From Bdellovibrionales bacterium (GTDB lineage Bacteria; Bdellovibrionota; Bdellovibrionia; Bdellovibrionales; UBA1609): a DNA stretch of 64,000 nucleotides. The DNA lies in the NCBI GenBank assembly GCA_965261545.1, contig CBDHDF010000007.1, positions 256,001 through 320,000 on the forward strand, in the 5' to 3' direction. The position numbers and the translations under genes are program-made. Below, in pieces: positions 20,696 to 31,274 of this stretch. How positions within the stretch are numbered: position 1 is the first letter of the stretch; the number at the start of each line of letters is the position of its first letter. The notes under the pieces are model-generated. The model did no database searches. It was not told the DNA's origin and worked only from the letters and a program-made list of their open reading frames with translations.

Positions 20696-22003
20696 AAGAA
20701 TAAAAAACCACGAACACCTATGGGATCGGGTGAAGTACTTTTTGAAGTTGAACCCAAGTAACACCGCCCGTGAAATATATGAGCTATTAGTTGAGGAGGG
20801 TTATCGTGGGAGTGAGAGAACGGTTCAGAGAAGAGTTTGTGAGATTCTTGGTTCTCGCCCCAAGGAGCGTTTTTTCAGCCAAAGATATGATCCTGGAGAA
20901 CAGGCTCAGTTTGATTTTAAGGAGAAGGTTGCTTTACCATTTGCCGATGGTGTTCAGATCGTTCATCTCCATTTTGGAACATTGCCTTGTAGTGGCACCT
21001 GTTGGGTTCGTGCCTACCCCTTTCTTGTCTATGAGTGTTTCATCGATGGGGTGCATGCTTTTTTTGAAAAGATAGGTGGGATGAGTGCGAACATCCGTAT
21101 TGATAATTTATCTCCCTGTGTGAAGAAAGTTCTTAAAGGAAATCAGCGAATTTACACCCAATCTTTTGATCGAGCCATCCAATACTATGGATTTAAGGTT
21201 CTTCCCTGCCGCGCAGGGAAGGGCTCTGACAAGGGAGATGTGGAGCGTGATATTCGAACCTTCAGTTCTCGGATAAAAAATATTGTTAGAAACAAAGGAA
21301 TTGTTTTTAAAGACTGGGATCATTTGAATCAGTTTTTAGAGTCTTATATGGATCAGCATCAGAGTGACTCCACCAAATCTCGCTTTGAGGAGGAGGCCAA
21401 AGTTCTTAAGCCTTTGCCTCCACGAGATGAAGATATTCTCTGTAAGGTGAATATTTGTCAAAGTAATGGTTATGGGACTTTGAGAATAGGTAAAACCACA
21501 TATTCCATACCTGATGAGGTGATCCAATCTCCCTGTAAAACCGTACAGGGTCCCTATCATGTCACGATCTATCGTGCAGGAGGGAAGCAAGAAATTGTCG
21601 CTCGCCATCAAAGAAAACCTGATGGGGAGCATAGTCTTCTTCTTGAACATATCCTTCCCTCTTTAGTTCGTAAGCCGCAAGCCATGGTAAGATGGGCTCA
21701 CCGATCCATTCTTTTTCCAACAAATGTGTTTGAAAATTTTTATCAATACCTCAAGCAACAAGATTCAAGCCGTGCCGAGCATGAATATTTAAGAGTTATC
21801 AACTTGATTCAGCATGTGAGTTGGCAGGACTTATCTACAGCCATGGAGCTTCAATTAGAAAGTCGTGAGATTTTCGACTTTAAATCCATAAAAGATTTGC
21901 TCTTAGGAAATCCCACCAAAATTAATTTGAATGACCAACAAAAACCACTTCAACCTAGATTGTCTCAATATGACAGTCTTGTTCCAAACATAGGAGGTTC
22001 TTA

Positions 22004-22786
22004 ATGAATCACGAAGAACTTATAGGTTCTCTTAAAAAACTCCGACTTCCAGCGATGGCGGATGAATATGTTGCAACGGCTAGAGTTGCCGAAAAAACAA
22101 AAAAGACGTATGAACAGTATTTAGGTATACTCGTTCAAAATGAGCTTGCTGACAAGCATTCCCAGAGAGTGAAAAGATTGCTTAAGGGGGCCAAGCTTCC
22201 TCAACTTAAATCACTCCAAACTTATAACTTCCAGAAAAGAACGGGAGTGACAGCTCAGCAAATTAATTGGATGGCAGAGGGAGAGTGGGTCAGAAAAGCC
22301 TGTAATGTTGTGTTTTACGGAAGCTTTGGAATGGGGAAAAGTCATTTGGCCATGTCCCTAGTTCGTTCACTCTGTGAACAAGGCTATCGATGTTTATGGG
22401 TCACCACTCATGAACTTATTGAAACAATGCGTGAAAGCAAGAAAGAACTCTCATTGAATGCTCTTTTTAAGAAATTAGACCGTTTTGATCTTATTGCTTG
22501 TGATGAACTTGGCTATACAGCTTCCTGCACAGAGGGGGCAGATCTTTTCTTTCAATTCATATCTCAGCGATATGAAAGGAAAAGTCTCATGATCACTACA
22601 AACTTAACATACTCTGAATGGGATAAGGTGTTTCTTAACCCTATTACCACCGCTGCTGCTGTTGATCGAATCATTCACAACTGTGAAACCCTCAACATTG
22701 AAGGAAAAGAAAGTTGGAGAACCGAATCGGCAAAAGCCAAGTCTAAACAGAGCAAAGAGGAAAGTTCAACCAAAGAAGTTCATTAG
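22004..22786 (+). CDS. istB: IS21 ATPase IstB
   Basis: GSFGMGKS, CDELGY, ITTNL, AAVDRIIH. Confidence 0.92.
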   Translation: MNHEELIGSLKKLRLPAMADEYVATARVAEKTKKTYEQYLGILVQNELADKHSQRVKRLLKGAKLPQLKSLQTYNFQKRTGVTAQQINWMAEGEWVRKACNVVFYGSFGMGKSHLAMSLVRSLCEQGYRCLWVTTHELIETMRESKKELSLNALFKKLDRFDLIACDELGYTASCTEGADLFFQFISQRYERKSLMITTNLTYSEWDKVFLNPITTAAAVDRIIHNCETLNIEGKESWRTESAKAKSKQSKEESSTKEVH

Positions 22787-22813
22787 AGATCCCCACTTTT
22801 GGGGAAGGAACTC

Positions 22814-22911
22814 GCCAGTTATCCACAAAATTTATCCACAGCAGCACTGCGTTGCTAGACATCGGGGTCACAGCCGCAGTGTCGCCATGGATAAATTTAT
22901 GGATAACTGGC
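22814..22911. repeat. Conserved 98-bp hairpin with DnaA-box arms (copy in IS21 type 2)
   Basis: gccagttatccacaaaatttatccacag...atggataaatttatggataactggc. Confidence 0.8.
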
Positions 22912-23216
22912 TTTTACCGTACTATTTGCTCGTCACTCTCGCGGAGCTTTAGACATTAGCTGCGCCAAGGAATCCTGAAAAATACTCCATTTACCTCTGC
23001 CATAGGGCTGAAGGATGCATTTGGGGTCATGCCAAAAGTGGTGGGCAGAAAATCATTCCTCAGAATCTTGTGGCATAGTCCGAGTTAAATGATGAGCAAA
23101 ATAAAGACACTTGACTAAACTCTGAACGAAGAATAACTAAATCAGTACATCATCAACTGGCCGTTTTTCATTGGCGACGGCTTCTAAAAATGGCCAATTT
23201 TAATTGGCGCCTAACA

Positions 23217-23842
23217 TCAATAATGCGATTGGAGGTAATAAGAGTGCTTTTTCTCGCTGAGTATCGATCCAGAATGATTTCCTGGAAGTCATCGCAAGCC
23301 TCTGGCGGAATGCGCTTTCTAAGAAAAAGATCATCAATGATCAACAGGTCCACATGGATGAGTTGGGTGTAGAACCTCTTTCTGCGCCCCAGCTGCCTGG
23401 CCTCAAAGAGATTTTCAAAGAGCTTGTGAGCTTCTTGATACAAAACCTTGTAATTTGATATGGAACAGACCTTGGTGGCTATAGCTTTTGCAATGTGGCT
23501 TTTTCCAGTTCCAGGGGAGCCAATAAGCAAGGCTCCCTCCCCCTGCTTGATGAACTTCAAGTTCATTAATTCCAAGATCATTGGCTTGGGTATTTTTGGG
23601 TTAAAATTCCAATCAAAGCCGGTGAGGGTGGACTCTTCCGTGAGCTTGGATGCTTTGAGGAGTCTCTCACATTTTTTGCTTTTCTTGAAATCCTTTTCAT
23701 CCTGTAAGAGCAATGAGAAGGTCTCTTGGAAGTTTTGTTGGTTCTGTGTGTGTTGGTAACTTCGAGCCTCAAATGTTTCAAACATGCCTATAAGCTTAAG
23801 GCTTTTGAGAGTCTCTTGTATTTCTGTAGGTGACATTGGCAT
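23217..23842 (-). pseudogene. istB: IstB, truncated at inversion breakpoint
   Basis: GSPGTGKS, LLIIDDL, ITSNR, then runs into the IS21 type 2 end. Confidence 0.88.
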
Positions 23843-23914
23843 TGTGATTGCTCCTTTCCTCTAGAAGAGGGGTTGGGGGGGTGGATTAAGTAAGGTTGGT
23901 GCTAGGCTGAGGGT

Positions 23915-25331
23915 CAATGCCGTTTCCTTAAGAAAAATCTCTTGAAATCATTAGATAAATCGACAAGAATAAGACTTGTTTTATTTTACACCCAACCCTC
24001 AACCAAGGAGTAAGTCACATGCAATCCAATATTGATCTCGAAAGCCCCCAAATGACGAGTTCGCGTCACAGATGACCATTTTATTCTACCAAAACTTGAT
24101 TCTTCCTTCAAGCCAGAGCACCTTGTCGATCCAGAAAAACAAAAAAGGAATCGAAAATTTAATCCTCAAATTTTCTTTTTTACCATTATCTATCTTATTT
24201 CCGGAACAAATTACGAAGGCTACCAAATCGCTCTTAAGACGGTATGGACTCATTTTGGTGACCTGCTTCTCATGCCAGTCAAAAGCAGTCTCAGCAAGAT
24301 ACGTCAAAGTATTTCTTACCTATTTTTCAAAGATATCTTTGAATCTCTGATTACAGACTACGAACCATTGAGAAAAACGTTTCATGGTTTTTATATCTAT
24401 GCCATAGATGGCGACCAATTAGCACTTCCTCGCTCTAAAGATCTTTTAAAGGAGGGTTATTGTGGGTACCCTTGCCCAAATGAGATGGAAACTCATTTCT
24501 TACGTATGTATCTATCTCATGCTTATGACGTTTTATCGGGTGTGACAAAGAATCTTTGCTATTCTCCCGCTCTCAACGAAATCGCCAATGCTATTCAAAT
24601 GATAGGTAGTTTTGAGAGTAATAGCATAACTCTCTACGATAGGCTTTATTTATCTACAGAGATTATTAAGGCCCATGCTCAAGCCAGTAACTTCTTTATT
24701 GCGCGTTGTAAGCGAGGCTCTACTTTTATCCCCATCGTAAATTTATTTAATGGCCCAGGTTGGTATTCACAAATGGTTATTGAGGGGGTGGTCATTCATC
24801 TCTATAAGTATAAAAACCCAAAGACTGGGGAGTTCTCTGTTTTGGCCACTAATCTTCCGCATGGCTCCTTGGACAAGAAGGATATGGTTGCTCTTTACTC
24901 TCGTCGTTGGGAAATAGAAACGACATTTCGTGATTTTACATCGACAATGAAAATGGAGCAGTGGCACTCAACAAGCCTTAATGGAATATTGCAAGAGCTG
25001 TATTCTTATTTTTGGCTCTTCAATTATACAAAGATTCAAATGAGCATAAATGAGGATGAAGACAGTGTGAATCAGTTGGTAAAAAATGACTACAAAAAAC
25101 CTAACTTTAAACTGATTCTTGATTTCATAATGGATAGCATCCCCCTTTTTGTTGCGGGGCTCTATCAGAAATTTAGGAAGCAGATAAAGTTGCTGATGAA
25201 GATTTCAATGGAGAAGAGGAGGCACTTCAAAAGAAGCTATGAAAGGTCTATCAAAAGGGCTGGGAGTTCTTTTAAAAGAAATAGCTTAACGCAGAGGCAG
25301 AGGGGTGTGGTGGCTTAAGGAAACGGCATTG
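23915..25331 (+). mobile_element. IS4-family element type 2, copy 1 (1417 bp)
   Basis: TIR caatgccgtttccttaag; 10-bp TSD ggctgagggt. Confidence 0.92.
24272..25318 (+). CDS. IS4-family transposase; open frame extends upstream to about 24056, start unresolved
   Basis: AIDGD, LYDRLY, YSRRWEIETTFR. Confidence 0.85.
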   Translation: MPVKSSLSKIRQSISYLFFKDIFESLITDYEPLRKTFHGFYIYAIDGDQLALPRSKDLLKEGYCGYPCPNEMETHFLRMYLSHAYDVLSGVTKNLCYSPALNEIANAIQMIGSFESNSITLYDRLYLSTEIIKAHAQASNFFIARCKRGSTFIPIVNLFNGPGWYSQMVIEGVVIHLYKYKNPKTGEFSVLATNLPHGSLDKKDMVALYSRRWEIETTFRDFTSTMKMEQWHSTSLNGILQELYSYFWLFNYTKIQMSINEDEDSVNQLVKNDYKKPNFKLILDFIMDSIPLFVAGLYQKFRKQIKLLMKISMEKRRHFKRSYERSIKRAGSSFKRNSLTQRQRGVVA

Positions 25332-27096
25332 GGCTGAGGGTGTAAGGGTGAGTGGTAGATTTCGTTGTTGGCATGTAAATCCCAGTAGATGGCATACTCG
25401 GATGGTGCTCGAATGATGTCGTGGTCTTGGGTGAGGTGGGATTCCATCTTTTTCTCATCCACAGGGGGCTGTAGTTCCTCAACAAGCCTTTTAAAGACCC
25501 TAAGAGATAAGACCCCTCTGCTCACAGCCTGAATGGCTGCTTTTTCAATAAGATCAGAGTGATATTTTTTAGCCAAGGACACCACCCCACGCATCTGCCT
25601 GTTTCCAACTCTCTCATCCACCCTGAGTAATGACTGACAAAAAGCTTTTGTTTGAGGGCCAATCTGACCCGCATCAGCTAAAATATTTTCTACATGGCGA
25701 GATGGATTATAAACACGATCTTTGTCTAGCAAAGAGAGACTCCCCGGGAGAGTGGCTTTTTGGTGGCGGCGGATAACACTCATCGTAGCAGGGTCCATAA
25801 TCTCTATGTCTTTATCATAAATACGCACAATGACTTGGCTCTTTAGATCAGAAGGGTAGGCGCAATAGTAACTGTTTCCCACTTGAATGAGCCCATCGTC
25901 TGCAACTGTTCGTATCTCTTGTTTAAAAAAATCAAATTTCTTTTGGGGGAGCTTTTTGAGAAAGGGGCTCTCTTCTTCAAACATCTCAGAAACGACTCGC
26001 TTGGTGCGACCATGGACCCGAGGGCGAGCCCAAGTGTGCTCCCAGTGCATGAGCCACTCATTTTGCTCCTCAATGGTTTTAAATGAACGACCCTTCAGTG
26101 CTGTGTCTTGGGTGTGGTGAATGGCGTGCTCAACGGTTCCTTTCCTATCAGGATCACGAACTCTTGCCGGGTCAGCAACGACCCCGTAGTGAGTCAGTAC
26201 AGCGCCATAAACGGCGTTCAGCGTTGGCTCATAGATATCTGGCTTAATAACACCTTCCTTGAGATTGTCTAAGACGACATATTGAGGGCAGCCCAAAAAA
26301 TAATGAAAAGCCTCCTCATGGAGTCTGCTCCACGTCTCTTGGCTGGACTTCCAAACAACCTTGCGAAAAGAGGCACGAGAGTACTTGAGGGTCATCACAA
26401 AAAGGCGAGGCCGCCTATATTTGCCTGTCCGGGGGTGAACAGTCAGAGCCCCTTGGCCATAATCCACTTGGGCTTCCTCTCCGGGGGGAAAATCCAAGCG
26501 ATCATAGCGTTTGGGAGTACTCTTCTTCAGCTTCCTTACAAATTTTTTCACGCTGTCGTAGGAGTGAGAAAAACCAAATTTCTCCACTAAATCTTGGTAG
26601 ATGGCCATTCGATTGCGCTCTAAGTTCAAAGCCTGATTTTCAATCCAAGCCCTGTGGGGCTCACAAGCCGACTGATGACATAAGGGGCGTTGAGAGGTTT
26701 TATCTTTAAGAGATTTTTTCAATCCAGGTGGTTCTATACAGTCCGTGGATCCAGTTTCTGTGGGAGCAGCCATCGGTTCCACCATGGTTGTGGATGGGCG
26801 CGTGAGGCAGGCGGAGGAGTGCATGGAAGCCCCATCAGACACGACAAGACATGCTGAGCCTGATCCTATAGGGGAAGATGGAGGCGTTTCTAAGGGGGGT
26901 GTGGCTTCCCCTAGAAGAACCTGCTGATTGAATTCTGTGGAGGAGACCGAAACTTCCTTGGGCTTTTCGAACTGGGCCACAGGAAGGCTTGGAGGCTCCG
27001 CAGAGCAAATTTCAGGAGAACATGAAGATGAACATGACTCTGCTTCTGAGCACACCGAAAAGGCTGGAGATTTTGGCTCTATACCTCCTGTACGCC

Positions 27097-29650
27097 CAAT
27101 GGCATTCGTTTAGTGAGAGATCCCATTCGGTTAAGGATTTGAACCTCTAACTCCTCGGGGGTGGGCTAACCCCAAGTTTTTTTCTTTGATCCATGTGATT
27201 ATCCGTTGGCCATAGCCCCCCTAACCTCTTTACTGGGTCTCCATACTCCGATGGGTTTTCTAGAAACTCGGTCGTAATGCCTATTCGGACGTAGCCTTTG
27301 TCGGCAGGTCTTCATATTTGTAATGATGCAATTGAGGGTTTTACTAAGCACTACCTTTTGTTGAAGAAAAAGACCTTCAATATTTCTTGCAATTGTCAGT
27401 AAATTGTTTTTAAAGTTTGTCTGCATGGTTTGTTTTTTACTATGGGATTGAGATGTATTAAGACGGTCTTCCGTGTAGTTGGAAAATAATCTTGTCAGAG
27501 TGATAAGTGTGAAGTGTGCAAACAATTCTTGTTTGACTCCCCTTTCACTTTGAGAATGAAACTCTTCAATGGTCATCAGTTCTTTGGATATTTTGTACAG
27601 TTCCTCTATACTCCAGCGTCCATGATAGAGATTGGCCAGATCATCAATGGAATATTTTTTTTGATCCATTAAGGTTGTTCCTAGAACAAAAGTAGTTTGT
27701 CCAATTTTATATTTGACCAAACGCAAAGCGTAGGCTTTGAAGTCGTCTTGTGGCTTTTTTTTATGTAGTTCTTTCAGAATTTGCTTGCTAGGAATGACTT
27801 GGATCACTGAGTCTTTTTGATCATTATTAATAAATTCATCAAAAACAGTGTTGGCATTTCTCCTTATCCTAAACACCGCATGCAGACTTCGCACCTTATG
27901 CTCATGAAGCATTTCGTAGGAATAATAGCCACGATCATAAACCACAACATCGTTTTCAAACAATTTTTTGAAATGAGTTTGTGCAGCCTTTCTCTCATTG
28001 TTATGGGCAAAGAGATCAAAATCCACAGGAATCTTCGACTGTAGTTGGTACAGGCAACTGACAAGACCTTGAGGGTACCATGCTTTTTCCCATGGTTGCT
28101 GATACCCATTATCTACGAGTTGACGTGGTAAATTTATTTTCGATCCATCCACTGCGAAAACCTTATGGCCCTTCCATAAGGTACTAGAATTGGATATACC
28201 GTCTTGTTTAAGAATTTCATCATGCAAAACTTTAAATATATTTTCATCTACTTTAGCCCGTGCACTACACATAGTGGATGCCCGAACTGGTTTAGGTTGA
28301 GGGAGTTCAATGTCTAATATGCGACACTGCTCCCAAAGTTCAATCAAAGTTGTATCATAACCTTGTTTTCCTTTAGAGAAAACAAGTCGGAAGATGAAAA
28401 GTATAATCAACAATGTATTCAAGACACGTTGACGCTTTTGCCAGGTTCGGTCGTACTCATCTGCAATGATAACCACTGTCTTGATGATGTTTTGCCAAAG
28501 ATGCACAAAAGAGTCCTCTAGCATAGGCTCAGCCAAGTTCTTATGTGGCTTGATGGTGGGTTTCCCGACGGGTTTCTTGATAGCGCATTGGGGGCCATTC
28601 AATAAGATAGACTGATAATTCTTTGTCAGAGGTTGAACATAAACACCTTTTTGAGTTTTTCCCTTTACATTTTTGTAGGCACGACTCCCATTTGTTTTGC
28701 CCAAATAAAGCCAGTTGGCAGCACGATAGCTCGTGGCATTAAATTTGGTAAGGTCGACAAAAGTCTCCATGAGTACAGGTTTGAAAGCATGTTTTAACTC
28801 CCAGTCTGTGGGAAGTTGGCGAGTTGCCATAGATAAAGCCATCGAAGCAAGATGGCGAACCTTTACCCAGGGAAAGATCAAAAATCGACTATTGTTCACC
28901 ACTAAATTCAAGTGCTTTTTGTAAGCTCGATTTTGCCAACCGATCCATTCATCACGGCAAGGCAAAGTGGATGTGCCAGCTTCAAATAAAAGACAACCCA
29001 ATCTTCGCCCACAATTATCTAAGATGAAATAGCGTAAGTGGGGACCAAAGGGACGTCTGTAATTGAGATAATGATGCCGATCGACAACTTCATTCCATTC
29101 CTTAATGGCCTCTTGATCAGTTACGATTTGCAAAGAAAGTGGGGTCAATGAGTCTAGTTTATCGTTGATGAGAGGCTTTTCATCTGTTCGGTGTGTCCAA
29201 GTGATTTTTTTGGAGGGGACACTCCGCTTTGACATGTCTTTTTCTGGCAGGGATAGAATGTCAAGTTCCTCTAGCGTCTCAAGCATACGAAGGCACGATT
29301 GGATGCGATGATCACCTTTGGGAGTTAGCCAACCAAGATGTTCACAAACTGTATAACCCAGTTCACGGCGACTTAAAGAAGGAAATAGCGCCACCGTCTT
29401 TTGAATGTCGGCAATTTGCTTGCGCGTCAAGCGTCTTCCAAAAAAAGTTGTTGAAGGCAATGTCTCTATGCGTGGGTCCATTTGAGTCTCTCCCCTTTGG
29501 GAATGGTTCAAATATAATGTGACACAACGATGGGGTGGACTCAAGTATTTTTTTTCGGAAAAAGAAAAAAGATAAAAGCCCCCTTAACTCAGTATGTTAG
29601 AGGGAGTCAGAAAAATGTGGAAAAACCTTCTGCAAAAACGAATGCCATTG
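27097..29650 (-). mobile_element. IS4-family element type 3 (2554 bp)
   Basis: TIRs caatggcattcgttt; 10-bp TSD cctgtacgcc (27087-27096 and 29651-29660). Confidence 0.92.
27199..29481 (-). CDS. DUF4338-like domain fused to IS4 transposase (~760 aa)
   Basis: N-half HHYL, RDEWIGW, VVNNSRFLIFPW, ETFVD, YRAANW..LG.T.G; C-half AVDGS, VYDRGY, YHGRWSIEELYK. Confidence 0.85.
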   Translation of the reverse strand: MDPRIETLPSTTFFGRRLTRKQIADIQKTVALFPSLSRRELGYTVCEHLGWLTPKGDHRIQSCLRMLETLEELDILSLPEKDMSKRSVPSKKITWTHRTDEKPLINDKLDSLTPLSLQIVTDQEAIKEWNEVVDRHHYLNYRRPFGPHLRYFILDNCGRRLGCLLFEAGTSTLPCRDEWIGWQNRAYKKHLNLVVNNSRFLIFPWVKVRHLASMALSMATRQLPTDWELKHAFKPVLMETFVDLTKFNATSYRAANWLYLGKTNGSRAYKNVKGKTQKGVYVQPLTKNYQSILLNGPQCAIKKPVGKPTIKPHKNLAEPMLEDSFVHLWQNIIKTVVIIADEYDRTWQKRQRVLNTLLIILFIFRLVFSKGKQGYDTTLIELWEQCRILDIELPQPKPVRASTMCSARAKVDENIFKVLHDEILKQDGISNSSTLWKGHKVFAVDGSKINLPRQLVDNGYQQPWEKAWYPQGLVSCLYQLQSKIPVDFDLFAHNNERKAAQTHFKKLFENDVVVYDRGYYSYEMLHEHKVRSLHAVFRIRRNANTVFDEFINNDQKDSVIQVIPSKQILKELHKKKPQDDFKAYALRLVKYKIGQTTFVLGTTLMDQKKYSIDDLANLYHGRWSIEELYKISKELMTIEEFHSQSERGVKQELFAHFTLITLTRLFSNYTEDRLNTSQSHSKKQTMQTNFKNNLLTIARNIEGLFLQQKVVLSKTLNCIITNMKTCRQRLRPNRHYDRVSRKPIGVWRPSKEVRGAMANG

Positions 29651-29902
29651 CCTGTACGCCCCTTTTTGGCAATGACCCTATGGGCTTTCGCATACTCTGA
29701 AACCGTAGATCGACCTACATGTAGCCTTTTCGCTATTTTACGAAATGAGTGACCTGCTATAATTAATGTTAATATCTCTTCTTGTTTTTGTTTATTCAAG
29801 ACGTTCATCCTTCCCTCCCAGGTTGTTTTCTAGAAGGTATTTTACAATACGCCTTGTCAGATATTAAATTTTAAATGGCCTGGTTTGCCCGCCCCTCCGG
29901 GG

Positions 29903-30327
29903 TTAAAAGGGACTTTGAAAACACGTCCTGTTTTCCATTGGACAGACCAGAGGATTATTGGACATTTAACTCTATGCTTTTTAACTTATCTTTGTGAGGC
30001 CCACCTTACAAAATGTTTAAGAGATAAGAAGATGAACCTAAAAAGCCCAGCCATAGGCATTGGTCATGTTAAAGAGCGACCTTTAACTGTTGTAGAGGCC
30101 ATGAGGGAACTCAAGGAAGTTAGGGCTATCCCTGTTAAAATTCGTGATCAAGTCATTTGGACCCGCACAGATATCACTGACAATGCCAACTCCTTATTTA
30201 AAGCCGCAGGCGTCCCCATCCCTCCCAGAATCCTTAATGCCCACAAGTGTGGATAAACAAAATACAACTATATGCGTTAATCCTTTAATATCATTCGTTT
30301 GACGCAGATGCTGCTGTCAAACTCGGG
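29903..30327 (+). pseudogene. IS1634 type 2, 3' fragment with right TIR
   Basis: Matches 62413-62837; ends gcagatgctgctgtcaaactcggg. Confidence 0.9.
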
Positions 30328-30504
30328 AGTTTTAGGCCGAAACTAACGCATATCGTTATGAGTCACGCTACTCCTTTGGTCACCTAACTGCCAAAGTCAT
30401 GCCTCACACTCTTCAACAAACCAGGCAACAAATCTATGCACAAAATAAGCTTGCCCTTCGTCTAGCCTTTTGAAACCATGGATATGTGGATATGGCCAGT
30501 ACAT
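30328..30504. repeat. 177-bp IS1634 target duplication (partner inverted at 63595-63771)
   Basis: Reverse complement of 63595-63771; both copies abut IS1634 termini. Confidence 0.88.
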
Positions 30505-31274
30505 GTGAAAATTATCATTTAATCTACTTTAGGCAACGCTTTGGTCCTGAATTTTTCAGAAGAGTTCCCTCTTGTCAGGGTGTCTTTTGGATGACAGATA
30601 TAAAGAGGCACTGGCTATTTGTGGGAAAATCTAAGAACATCAAAAAACGTCTCCAGACTTTTCGCTACGAAAAAAATAAGGAGTTTGCCCACCAAGTTCA
30701 CAATATACAATGGCGCAAATGTCAAAGTGCGGAAATTTGTCACAACTGGTATGAAGAACTGTTACAATGTCACCGCCCTCAATTCAACAAACTTCATCAA
30801 CCTGATTTTTGCAATTCAATCAGTTATCGCATGGAACCTGGTTTCATAATCTTAAAAAGCGGTCAAGGAACTCCTACGGAGGGATTTACCCACTTTCACT
30901 TACCATTAGTCCAACACATAACCTTGCCATTGATGAGGTCTTTGTGGCAAATGATCCACCCCGCAGGCCCCATGGATATGCCATATATTCTCACAAAAAC
31001 AAAACCTCCCAAGAAGATTGTCGTTCCTTTAGGACACTGGCATGATCTAGGAGGCTTAGAGAGAAACCTTTACAACCTCCTCAGCTTTACCAATATCCGC
31101 CTTTTAAAAAACTTTGCCAGTCATATTGGTTTCTTAAAGAACCAACATGTGGATTCTTTCCTCATCGCCTGGCTAGAAAAGGATTACAAACTTCTAAATG
31201 ATTATTTCTTAGTAACCTCTCACGGGGGCACAAACTTTTCCACCCACCCCCATAAAAAGTTACAAACGAATTAA
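30486..31274 (+). CDS. GIY-YIG (UvrC N-terminal-like) nuclease-domain protein
   Basis: P...GVFWM...LFVGKSKNIKKRL...E.L...RPQFN. Confidence 0.7.
   Translation: MDMASTCENYHLIYFRQRFGPEFFRRVPSCQGVFWMTDIKRHWLFVGKSKNIKKRLQTFRYEKNKEFAHQVHNIQWRKCQSAEICHNWYEELLQCHRPQFNKLHQPDFCNSISYRMEPGFIILKSGQGTPTEGFTHFHLPLVQHITLPLMRSLWQMIHPAGPMDMPYILTKTKPPKKIVVPLGHWHDLGGLERNLYNLLSFTNIRLLKNFASHIGFLKNQHVDSFLIAWLEKDYKLLNDYFLVTSHGGTNFSTHPHKKLQTN

Larger units (their letters stand above)
18594..20722 (+). mobile_element. IS4-family element with SEC-C passenger, copy 2, complete
   Basis: TIRs cataggtgttcgtggtttttt; 10-bp TSD ggatcgggtg (18584-18593 and 20723-20732). Confidence 0.93.
18399..22004 (+). pseudogene. istA: IstA, split (18399-18593 plus 20733-22004)
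   Basis: HTH ISRELGINRKTVRKY...YMDRV joins KYFLKLNP...PGEQAQFDF...IDNL...DKGDVE. Confidence 0.88.
17832..23216 (+). mobile_element. IS21-family element type 2, istA interrupted by IS4 element
   Basis: Ends tgttagctgacaattaaaa / ttttaattggcgcctaaca with gtcgccaatgaaaa repeats; flanks differ (tcaaa vs tcaat), marking an inversion breakpoint. Confidence 0.88.
25342..29808 (-). pseudogene. istA: IstA with long Pro/Ser-rich linker, interrupted
   Basis: HTH in 29808-29651; PGEEAQVDYG, LDNLKEGV, PDRKGTVE in ORF 25286-27055. Confidence 0.85.
23217..29902 (-). mobile_element. IS21-family element type 3, left end through most of istB; two IS4-like insertions; right end displaced to 59790-59941
   Basis: istA pieces 29808-29651 and 27096-25342; istB 23842-23217; end motif aaatggcctggtttgcccgccc at both 29874 and 59888. 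Confidence 0.85.
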
